This document shows positions 12,152 to 19,782 of a DNA stretch of 64,000 nt, in pieces. Each line of letters opens with the position of its first letter. The stretch's first letter is position 1. The position numbers were made by a program, and so were the translations under genes. The stretch lies in NCBI GenBank assembly GCA_021838785.1, contig JAKCCV010000004.1, positions 83,537-147,536 on the forward strand, given 5' to 3'. Source of the stretch: Acidobacteriota bacterium. GTDB taxonomy: Bacteria; Acidobacteriota; Terriglobia; UBA7540. The notes below the pieces were generated by a model. It was not told where the DNA came from, searched no databases, and saw only the letters and a program-made list of their open reading frames with translations.

Positions 12152-13926
12152 CCCGGCGGGACCTGCTTCGCTGCGGCGCGGTGATGCTCGCGGGCATTGC
12201 CGAGGGATGCTCGCGCCGCGCCTCCAAGCAAAAACCGGAGGTCTTCAACAGTGCGGCGCGCAAACTCGTCGGCGACAATCCCGGCGTCGTGTTTACGGAT
12301 GTCACGCGCCAGGCCGGCATTGATTTCGTCCATTCTTCCGGCGTGCGCACCCACCAACTTCCGGAAGACATGGGTCCGGGCGCGGCCTGGGGCGACTACG
12401 ATAACGACGGCTGGCCCGACCTTTATCTCGTCAATCAGCCCGGCCCCTGGGGCGCGAAGCCCACCGCCGACGATCCTTTCAGCCATCTCTACCACAACAA
12501 CGGCGATGGAACGTTCACCGACGTCACCCTCCGCGCCGGCGTGGCCAATCGTGGCGGCTACGGCATGGGCGCGGCTTGGGGCGACTACGATAACGACGGC
12601 CGCCTTGACCTCTACGTCACCAATTACGGCCGCTCGGTGCTCTACCACAACAACGGCGATGGAACCTTCACCGACGTCACCGACCGCGCCGGGGTCGCCA
12701 ACCATCTCTGGGGAATGACCCCCGTCTGGATAGACTATGATAACGACGGCTATCTCGATCTCTACGTCACCAACTATGCGGATTACAACCTGCAAAGCGT
12801 GCCTTCGGGCGCCACCGCGGCGGAGTATGGCATCAACGTTCCCTTCACTTTGAATCCCGCCTCTTTTCATCCCCTCCCGAATCGCCTCTATCACAACCAT
12901 CGTGACGGAACGTTCACCGACGTGGCGCCGCAGCTCGGCGTGGCCAATCCGAGCGGACGGAGTTTGACCGCAGCGTTTGCGGATTTCAATCTCGACGGCT
13001 GGCAGGATTTCTACGTGGGCAACGACATTGCTTCGAACCGCATGTACCTCGGCTTGGGCGGCGGGCGGTTCAAGGACATCACCGCTGCGTCCTGGACGGA
13101 AGACAACCGGGGAACGATGGGCATCGCCATTGGCGATTATGACAACGCCGGCGACCTCGACATGTACCTCACGCACTGGCTAACGCAGGGCTTTTCCCTT
13201 TATGAAAACCTCTGGATGGCGCAAGGCGGGCGCGGCCCGCTCCACTTTTCCGATGTCGCGGAGATGTTTGGCTGCGGAGAAATTGCCATGGGCGACGCCG
13301 GATGGAGCACCTTCTTCTTCGATTTTGATAACGACGGATGGCTGGACATCCTGGCCGTCTGTGGTTCCACGCTCGAGAACAAGGCGGACACCACCCAGCT
13401 CATTCCCGAACGGCCTTTCCTGTTTTGGTCCAAGGGCCAAGATGGTTTCTACGACTTGGCGCGCTCCGGGGCGGCGGGCCGCGCGCTTCAGCAGCCCCTG
13501 GTCGGTCGAGGCGCCGCCTGCGCCGATTTTGACCGCGACGGCGACCTCGACATGATAATCATGACGAATCGCGGCCGCCCGCTGCTGCTGCGCAATGACG
13601 GCGGCAATCGAAACCACTGGCTGGCCGTGCATCTGGTAGGAACGCGCAGCAACCGTTCGGGCTATGGCGCCAAGGTCTATCTCACCTCGAACGGCCAGCG
13701 CCAGTTCCGGCAATACGGCGCGGCGGGAGCGTATCTTTCCCAATGCGCGCCTGAAGCCTGGTTTGGGCTCGGCCAAAGTTCAAGCGTCGAGAAAGTTGAA
13801 ATCCTCTGGCCGAGCGGCCTTCATCAGACCCTCCAAAATCCTCCCTCGAATCTCATGCTGAGCGTGATTGAAGGCCAAGCCGGTTGGACGGCGCTACCCC
13901 AAAAGCCGAACCCGGTGCCCCCTTAG
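12148..13926 (+). CDS. FG-GAP/VCBS repeat protein with ASPIC/UnbV-like C-terminus (CRTAC1 family)
   Basis: Repeated GDYDNDGxxDLYVxN motifs, C-terminal GYGAKVYLT...VEILWPSG. Start ATG overlaps the cytochrome stop (ATGA at 12148-12151). Confidence 0.85.
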   Translation: MTRRDLLRCGAVMLAGIAEGCSRRASKQKPEVFNSAARKLVGDNPGVVFTDVTRQAGIDFVHSSGVRTHQLPEDMGPGAAWGDYDNDGWPDLYLVNQPGPWGAKPTADDPFSHLYHNNGDGTFTDVTLRAGVANRGGYGMGAAWGDYDNDGRLDLYVTNYGRSVLYHNNGDGTFTDVTDRAGVANHLWGMTPVWIDYDNDGYLDLYVTNYADYNLQSVPSGATAAEYGINVPFTLNPASFHPLPNRLYHNHRDGTFTDVAPQLGVANPSGRSLTAAFADFNLDGWQDFYVGNDIASNRMYLGLGGGRFKDITAASWTEDNRGTMGIAIGDYDNAGDLDMYLTHWLTQGFSLYENLWMAQGGRGPLHFSDVAEMFGCGEIAMGDAGWSTFFFDFDNDGWLDILAVCGSTLENKADTTQLIPERPFLFWSKGQDGFYDLARSGAAGRALQQPLVGRGAACADFDRDGDLDMIIMTNRGRPLLLRNDGGNRNHWLAVHLVGTRSNRSGYGAKVYLTSNGQRQFRQYGAAGAYLSQCAPEAWFGLGQSSSVEKVEILWPSGLHQTLQNPPSNLMLSVIEGQAGWTALPQKPNPVPP

Positions 13927-13971
13927 CCCGCGCGCGCGCTCCGTCTTCGGGCGCGGCGGCTCGACGCATTC

Positions 13972-13996
13972 GTGGCACGGCCATCTTGGCCGTGCT
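13972..13996. repeat. REP-like palindromic element, copy 2
   Basis: Same 25-mer as 9351-9375, located between the convergent CRTAC1-like and csp genes. Confidence 0.7.
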
Positions 13997-14072
13997 CTCG
14001 CGGGGCGCACACCTCGCCCTCGTTTTGCCTCAAACCTCATTTCGGCGCGGGAGGGGTCCCGGGAAAATCCGC

Positions 14073-14276
14073 CTATTTTGCCAGGGCGCGCACGCCGCTC
14101 GCCCGGGGGCCTTTTTCACCGCGCACCACTTCAAACTCCACGGCCTCGCCTTCCCGCAAGCTATCGAAGTTGAGTCCCTGAAGAGCGCTACGGTGGAAAA
14201 ACACTTCCGTGCCCTCGGACGTCCGAATGAATCCAAAGCCTCGGTCACGGAGAATACGCTTGATCGTCCCTTCCAC
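14073..14276 (-). CDS. cold-shock protein (CspA family)
   Basis: GTIKRILRDRGFGFIRTSEGTEVFFHRSAL carries the RNP1-like GFGFI and RNP2-like VFFH motifs. GTG start 5 nt after AGGAGG gives a 67-aa product of typical Csp size. Confidence 0.8.
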   Translation of the reverse strand: MEGTIKRILRDRGFGFIRTSEGTEVFFHRSALQGLNFDSLREGEAVEFEVVRGEKGPRASGVRALAK

Positions 14277-14365
14277 AGCCACCTCCTGCGCGCATAAAAA
14301 GAGCCGACTTTCAGGGGGGAGTTGCTGACGCCCCGACGGAAGCTGTCCCTTCTTTGCGTGCCCGA

Positions 14366-14394
14366 ACTCTATCAACCCCCATCGCAAATGTCAA
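14366..14394 (-). promoter_or_regulatory. sigma-70-like promoter upstream of csp
   Basis: On the minus strand: TTGACA, 17-nt spacer, TAGAGT. Predicts a 5' UTR of about 80 nt, as is usual for csp genes. Confidence 0.45.
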
Positions 14395-14437
14395 AAGGAA
14401 GTCTGGACCTTGGGGAGTCGGCTCGGCTTGTCAACGC

Positions 14438-14803
14438 TTAGCCGCTCGAGGGTGACGGCGGGCCGAAGGACGCTATCGCGCTCGGCAACGAGTCATAGCG
14501 TTCAAACACCGTGCTCAGCCGGGTGATTTGCAGCAGGTCGTGGACTCGCCGCGTCAGATTCAGCAACTTCAAGTCGCCGCCCCGCTTGCGCACCGTGGTG
14601 TAGGCGGCGACCAGCGTGGAAAGGCCGGCGCTGTCAATGTAAGTGATTTCGCCCAAATCCAGCACGATTCGCAGCTGTCCGGCGCGCGCGCACTCGGAGA
14701 TTTTCTCGCGCAGCCCCTGGGTCTCTTCTCCGAGCGTGATGCGCCCTCGCGCGTCCAGCACCAGAACGTCGCCAATCATCTTCTCCACCAGGTAGAGGGT
14801 CAT
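14438..14803 (-). CDS. STAS-domain anti-sigma-factor antagonist (SpoIIAA/RsbV-like)
   Basis: MTLYLVEK...LDLGEITYIDSAGLSTLVAAY...GGDLKLLNL...V. ATG at 14803 preceded by GGAGGAGG. The annotated 325-aa ORF upstream of this point runs through a repeat and is not credible. Confidence 0.85.
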   Translation of the reverse strand: MTLYLVEKMIGDVLVLDARGRITLGEETQGLREKISECARAGQLRIVLDLGEITYIDSAGLSTLVAAYTTVRKRGGDLKLLNLTRRVHDLLQITRLSTVFERYDSLPSAIASFGPPSPSSG

Positions 14804-14936
14804 GCGTCCTCCTCCCCGATCTTGGAGGGCTTGGGGTTCTTCTTCTCGATAGCGGCCATCATAGCACGAGGCGGAAACACCAGCGGTTTTTTGTCCCCCG
14901 TCCCACGCGCTCCTAACCGCCGGCTGACCGAAAGCC

Positions 14937-15223
14937 GTAGCGCAGAGGTTGCGCGTCGCAACCTCTGCGGCTCGTGCCGGTGCCCGCCGGAAAAAACCGC
15001 AGAGTTTCCGAACGCGTAACCCCGCGCGACGCAGGCGATCCATTGGCCGTTGGGCGAGACTGATGGGCGGCAGCAAGGCAGGTTCGTAATCTTTCGCTCC
15101 GCGCCGCCTGGCCCGGTTAAAATCCTCCCGTGCGGGGTCTCGATTTCCTCGGTTGCCTTTCGCCCTCAGGCTTCCTTCGTGCCCCCCACCATGACCGCTT
15201 CCCGCAGGTTCGCGCACGTGCCC
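14937..15223 (+). repeat. ~290-bp hairpin-headed repeat, copy A (full length)
   Basis: Aligns by eye over its whole length with 17854-18145, at roughly 90 percent identity. Begins with a perfect 13-bp stem, cgcagaggttgcg-cgt-cgcaacctctgcg (14941-14969). Confidence 0.85.
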
Positions 15224-15236
15224 GACGCGGCAGCAG

Positions 15237-15331
15237 GTAGCGCAGAGGTTGCGCGTCGCAACCTCTGCGGCTCGTGCCGGTGCCCGCCGGAAAAAACCGC
15301 AGAGTTTCACACTCCGCAACCGCGCGCGACG
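15237..15331 (+). repeat. ~290-bp repeat, copy B (head only, about 95 bp, tandem to copy A)
   Basis: Repeats the first ~95 bp of the element (hairpin plus ccgcagagtttc...cgcgcgacg), 13 bp after copy A ends. Confidence 0.85.
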
Positions 15332-15611
15332 TGCTGGGCCGTTCAACCCTTGCGCCCGTCGAGCTGGCCGCCGTCCATTCTTGGCCAAGCCTGACTGCCG
15401 CGGCCGACGCCACAAGCGCCGCAGAGCAGCGCCAACGACGCGCGCCTCTGCGCTGCGGGCTCAAAAGAAAAGTCTCCTGCACCTTCAAAAGAAAAAACCT
15501 CTTGAAGTCCAAGAGAGAATCTACCCGCTTCAGGCCGCGAAGATTTCCGCCGCCCCCGCACCACGCCGCGCTCTTTACAGCCGCCAAAGCTGAACATATA
15601 CTCGGTGAGAC

Positions 15612-16931
15612 ATGGGACACGCCGGGACAGAGCTGGGCGCGCCAGCGATCGGTGGGGAACGGAGCGAGGACACGTTCCGCACGCTCGCGGCGTTGCTTCG
15701 CCGAGACCTGGATTTTGGCTCCTCGGACAGCGGCTATGCGTCCCATGCCATCCACCCCTTCGCCGCAAAGTTCCCGCCGCAGATCCCGCGCTTATTCATC
15801 GAGGAGCTCACGCAGAGCGGGGATTCCGTCCTCGATCCGATGGCCGGTTCCGGCACAACCATCGTCGAGGCGCTCATGCTCAGGCGAGAGGCCTTTGGCT
15901 TTGATATTGACCCCTTAGCCGTCAGGTTGTGCACTGTGAAGACGACCTGGCTAGACCCTGTGGACCTCCAAAGGCGCTGTCTAGCGATCATCGAGGACGC
16001 GTTAGACATGGGGAAGTCGGGTTCGCACCTTCGCCGTGAACTTGAGACCCGCTACGACGCGGAGACCAGAAAGTTCATAGACTACTGGTTCCTCCCCGAG
16101 ACACAGTTGGAGCTTCTGGCCCTCGTGCTAGCTATTGAGAGGGTCAGCGAGCCAGCCCCGCGCGGCTTTTTCGAGTTGGTCCTGTCCTCGACCATCATCG
16201 CGAAAACAGGGGGGGTCTCGATGGCCCGCGACCTGGCCCATTCGAGACCCCACCGCGACCCAGCCAAGAACCCGCGCAACGCTATCACCGAATTCCGACT
16301 CAGGTCAGCAAAGGCGCTCAAGAAGTTTCAGAACCTCCCGCAGCGCGTGAAAAAGGTCTTCGTTGCGGAACGCGACGCAAGGAACCTGCCCCTGCCGACA
16401 GGCTCGATTGACCTCGTCGTGACATCTCCCCCCTATGCCAATGCGCTCGACTACATGCGGGCGCACAAGTTCAGCCTGGCGTGGCTGGGATACCCCCTCC
16501 GAGCCCTGAGCGCCTTGCGGGGAAGGTACATCGGGAGCGAAAACCTCCACGGCGGTCCCACCGGCGAACTGCCGAGGAGGTCCGCCGCCGCCGTGCGCGC
16601 ACTCGCGGAGAGGGACGCAAGGAAGGCGAAGGTCTTGGCGAAGTACCTCGGCGAAATGAGAGATGCGCTCGCCGAAACGAACCGCGTCCTGAAGCCCGGC
16701 AAGGGGGCGGTCCTCGTTGTCGGGCCGTCCATAATGCGGGGAGTGCCTATCCTCACACACGAGTACCTCGCAGAAATCGGGAGCTCCGTGGGATTCCGAC
16801 TCGCCGGAGTCCAGAAACGAAGAATTGACCGCGACCGCAGAATGCTCCCTGTAAGCCTCGACCGTAACGGCCACTCGACGATCGAGCAGCGGATGCACGA
16901 GGAGTACGTGGTCGGGCTGGTCAAGGAATAA
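15612..16931 (+). CDS. type II DNA methyltransferase, N4-cytosine/N6-adenine (SPPY) class
   Basis: AdoMet motif I VLDPMAGSGTTIVEA, then catalytic motif IV DLVVTSPPYANALDY. Also HAIHPFAAKFPPQIP and RVLKPGKGAVLVVG. Confidence 0.85.
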   Translation: MGHAGTELGAPAIGGERSEDTFRTLAALLRRDLDFGSSDSGYASHAIHPFAAKFPPQIPRLFIEELTQSGDSVLDPMAGSGTTIVEALMLRREAFGFDIDPLAVRLCTVKTTWLDPVDLQRRCLAIIEDALDMGKSGSHLRRELETRYDAETRKFIDYWFLPETQLELLALVLAIERVSEPAPRGFFELVLSSTIIAKTGGVSMARDLAHSRPHRDPAKNPRNAITEFRLRSAKALKKFQNLPQRVKKVFVAERDARNLPLPTGSIDLVVTSPPYANALDYMRAHKFSLAWLGYPLRALSALRGRYIGSENLHGGPTGELPRRSAAAVRALAERDARKAKVLAKYLGEMRDALAETNRVLKPGKGAVLVVGPSIMRGVPILTHEYLAEIGSSVGFRLAGVQKRRIDRDRRMLPVSLDRNGHSTIEQRMHEEYVVGLVKE

Positions 16932-16946
16932 AGGCGGCCCCGCGCG

Positions 16947-17834
16947 ATGCCTGCCACAATCCGTGACCAAAAGCTGTCCGAGCTGAGGACGCAGTACCAC
17001 GCGAAGATACTCTCAAAACTTCTGGGCAGACGCGGCCCCGCGGGAGCATTCTCGAACGCCGACTCGGGGAGCAAGGCGAGTAAGGAAATCGCTGAGCGCA
17101 TGGCCCAAAGACTTTCCGCCCAAACGCACAACAGCCCGTGCAGGAAGCTTCCGAGCGAGCAGACCCTTGGCAATGTTTTCGCAAGGCTTACGGAGGAATT
17201 TTTGGAAGCCGCCTTCCGACGCCTACACCACCTCCGCCCCGGAGACTGGGTGTTTTCCACGAGCCAGGATACCAAGGGCATCAGCAGACACCATCAGTAT
17301 GAGCACTTGGCGCAACTTGAAGACCTTTTAAGGCAACATCCTGAACTGAGGTCCACACTCGGGGGCGACTACCTGATTACCCCCGACATCACGGTGTCGC
17401 GCCGACCCGTGAGCGACCAAGAAATCAACCGCCGCGGGGACTTTGTGGACGGTTCTGAGCAGCTCGCCAACCACGCCCCGCTGCGCGAGGCGGTGAACAA
17501 GACCACAATCCTCCATGCAAGCATTTCGTGCAAGTGGACCATTCGGAGCGACCGGGCGCAAAACACTCGCACGGAGGCACTCAACCTGATCAGGAACCGA
17601 AAAGGGAAGGTTCCGATTGTCGCCGCGGTGACCTTCGAGCCACTGCCGACCCGGCTTGCCTCCATCGCGCTGGGCACGGGCGACCTGGACTGCACTTACC
17701 ACGGCGCTCTCAACGAGCTCGCCGCGGCAGTGGACGGGACGGGAAACCCGGATCAGAGGGAAATGCTCGACACGCTCGTCCACGGTAGGCGGCTCCGCGA
17801 CATCAGCGACCTGCCGTTCGATCTCGCTACCTAG
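16947..17834 (+). CDS. type II restriction endonuclease, NgoMIV/Cfr10I-like family
   Basis: From memory it aligns along the length of R.NgoMIV: LRPGDW, GGDYLITPDITVSR, LHASISCKWTIRSDRAQN, LNLIRNRKG, IALGTGDLDCTYH, GRRLRDISDLPFDLA. Starts 15 nt after the methyltransferase stop. Confidence 0.8.
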   Translation: MPATIRDQKLSELRTQYHAKILSKLLGRRGPAGAFSNADSGSKASKEIAERMAQRLSAQTHNSPCRKLPSEQTLGNVFARLTEEFLEAAFRRLHHLRPGDWVFSTSQDTKGISRHHQYEHLAQLEDLLRQHPELRSTLGGDYLITPDITVSRRPVSDQEINRRGDFVDGSEQLANHAPLREAVNKTTILHASISCKWTIRSDRAQNTRTEALNLIRNRKGKVPIVAAVTFEPLPTRLASIALGTGDLDCTYHGALNELAAAVDGTGNPDQREMLDTLVHGRRLRDISDLPFDLAT

Positions 17835-17853
17835 CGCATCGTGCAGTTGGCAG

Positions 17854-18145
17854 GTAACACAGAGGTTGCGCGGTGCAACCTCTGCGGCTCGTGCCGGCGC
17901 CCGCCGGAAGGACCCGCAGAGTTTCACACTCCGCAACCCCCGCGCGACGCAGGCGATCCATTGGCCGTCGGGCGAGACTGATGGGCGGCAGCAAGGCAGG
18001 TTCGTAATCTTTCGCTCCGCGCCGCCTGGCCCAGTTAAAATCCTCTCGTGCGGGGCTCTCGATTTCCTCGGTTGCCTTTCGCCGTCGGACTTCCTTCGTG
18101 CCCTTCCCCACCATGACTGCTTCCCGCGGGTTTGCGCACGTGCCC
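17854..18145 (+). repeat. ~290-bp hairpin-headed repeat, copy C (full length)
   Basis: Same orientation as copy A. Together A/B and C bracket the R-M gene pair. Confidence 0.85.
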
Positions 18146-18199
18146 AAGGCCGCAGAAATTGAACTTGGACCACCCCCGGTGGCGCCGGCGAGTCAAGCT

Positions 18200-18442
18200 C
18201 CGCCGGCCGGGGCTGCGAGGCGAGCCGACGGTTAGGGATCGTTCGAGGGTTGGAGCGCCCAGCGGTTTTTCCTGAGAAAGTCTTCCACCAAGCCCATGTC
18301 GGAGGAACCGCACAGAATCAACCGGCACAGCTCATCCGCTTGCCCGACGCGCGGATCCACCTTGGCGGCTTGCTGATAAACCTCCCGAGCTTGGCGCGGG
18401 TGTTTCTCTTTCCACAGGGCGATGGCTTGGAGCACGAGCGCG
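18200..18442. repeat. 243-bp direct repeat D1 (duplicate of the TPR gene 3' end)
   Basis: Near-identical to 19783-20024. By eye there are three substitutions and one 1-nt indel. Confidence 0.9.
18232..18442 (-). pseudogene. 3' fragment of the TPR-repeat gene (duplicate of the last ~70 codons of 19814-20929)
   Basis: Translation LVLQAIALWKEKHPRQAREVYQQAAKVDPRVGQADELCRLILCGSSDMGLVEDFLRKNRWALQPSNDP is identical to the C-terminus of the intact TPR protein. It has no N-terminal part. Confidence 0.85.
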
Positions 18443-18487
18443 ACCATGAGGGAGGCTGCCCGCGCTCAACGAAGAGGCGGGAGGAAG

Positions 18488-19279
18488 CTACTTGCGCTCG
18501 GCGATCCCCTCCCGCACCAACCCTTCGTCGAGCCGGCTGAGAGCGTTTCCCGGGACCGCAAGATCAGCACTCTGTTCCAGTATCTTAGTGCTTTCGGAGG
18601 ACCACTTGGTAGAAATGACATCGTACACCAATCCGACCTTGAGCTTAGGATTTGCCTGCCTAATATCGCCAGCCTTGAATCCCCACGCCTCCGCCGTAAG
18701 GTGCGCGTTTGATCCTGATAGTATCGCAATGGCAATGCCAGGTCTGCCGTTGGGCGGAATCAGGAAATCAACCGAATGTTTCTCTATCCTCCCTCGTACC
18801 TTGTCCCGTTCCCTGTAAGGAAGACTCCTCCTGCCCAGCACGTCTTTAACCTCTCGCACCAAATCCTCTTCCTTCGCTAGGAATTTTGGCCTATACGTAA
18901 GATAGACATCGCCGACCGTCTTGGCCGCCTCCACAAATTTCTGGATACTTAATCCCAATTCGTCGCGCCTCGACTCCAAGATCATGTAGTTTTCTTTGAA
19001 GGTTAGCCCGTAAGACTTCGCAAGCTCTTCTAGCCTCGACACCGTGCTGGCTTGAACTTCATGCCCTGCGTTGCGGAGTTCCTCTATCGTCCTTGCCATA
19101 TCCGAAACTATGTACTGGTCATCAGAGACGCGCGTCACGGCGACCTCGATGCGGTGATCCGCCGAGTAATGAAAAGGAAAGGAAATGAGGACACTCCCGC
19201 CCTCTAAGGGCTCAGCCTCGATGAGGCCGCGATAGCTTTGCAAATAGGTAGAAAGCACCGAATCAAGGAGGGTGTTCAT
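18488..19279 (-). CDS. DUF1828/DUF1829-like two-domain protein (uncharacterised)
   Basis: The N-terminal half (ISFPFHYSADHRIEVAVTRVSDDQYIVSDMARTIEELRNAG...) and the C-terminal half (VRGRIEKHSVDFLIPPNGRPGIAIAILSG...WGFKAGDI) fit the patterns I associate with DUF1828 and DUF1829. No HMM was run. Confidence 0.55.
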   Translation of the reverse strand: MNTLLDSVLSTYLQSYRGLIEAEPLEGGSVLISFPFHYSADHRIEVAVTRVSDDQYIVSDMARTIEELRNAGHEVQASTVSRLEELAKSYGLTFKENYMILESRRDELGLSIQKFVEAAKTVGDVYLTYRPKFLAKEEDLVREVKDVLGRRSLPYRERDKVRGRIEKHSVDFLIPPNGRPGIAIAILSGSNAHLTAEAWGFKAGDIRQANPKLKVGLVYDVISTKWSSESTKILEQSADLAVPGNALSRLDEGLVREGIAERK

Positions 19280-19740
19280 TCTAACCTCAATTCATCCTGG
19301 ATTTGTTCGACCTCAATGTTCCATTTGTCGAGCCCCCACTGAAACACTCCCCGCAGGTCGGCCCCTCCAACTCGGGGTCGCGCAGGTATTACCCGTGCGT
19401 CAGCATCCTCATCGTTCCAAATGTGCTCGTGCCACCCGCGCACCACCGTCCCGTCCGGATTGTCGTGCCTGATTTCATAATCTAGGCCCCGTATTCGGCA
19501 TCCGTGCCAAAGTAGGGAACACGACGCCTTGCCGCGCGGCAGGCCAGGTAAACGCCTTTTCACGCGAGCCTTTACTATCAGCCCTCCGGTCACGGCCCGG
19601 GGATCGTCCCTCATTCTAACCTCCGCTTCGATTATTGACCATCCGCTCTCTTCTACAACCGCTGGAATCGCCAAGATCTGCTTCCTCGAGCCGACAAGAT
19701 AATCAGCCTCGCTCTCCGTGAATTTGCGCCGCTGCCCCAT
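19276..19740 (-). CDS. hypothetical protein, no family recognised (His-rich block YEIRHDNPDGTVVRGWHEHIW)
   Basis: 154-aa ORF. Its stop overlaps the start of the downstream DUF1828/1829-like gene (ATGA, 19276-19279). Same strand as the TPR gene just upstream. Confidence 0.55.
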   Translation of the reverse strand: MGQRRKFTESEADYLVGSRKQILAIPAVVEESGWSIIEAEVRMRDDPRAVTGGLIVKARVKRRLPGLPRGKASCSLLWHGCRIRGLDYEIRHDNPDGTVVRGWHEHIWNDEDADARVIPARPRVGGADLRGVFQWGLDKWNIEVEQIQDELRLE

Positions 19741-19782
19741 CTCCGGCGCGCAACTCTACTACCGATTGACCCCAATCGCAAG

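Noticed and set aside
14804-15415. The N-terminal 200 residues of the 325-aa ORF 14438-15415(-) containing the STAS domain.
   Set aside because: That part is translated straight through repeat copies A and B, and the same peptide strings recur at the other repeat copy. A GGAGGAGG-ATG start at 14803 gives a normal 121-aa STAS protein.
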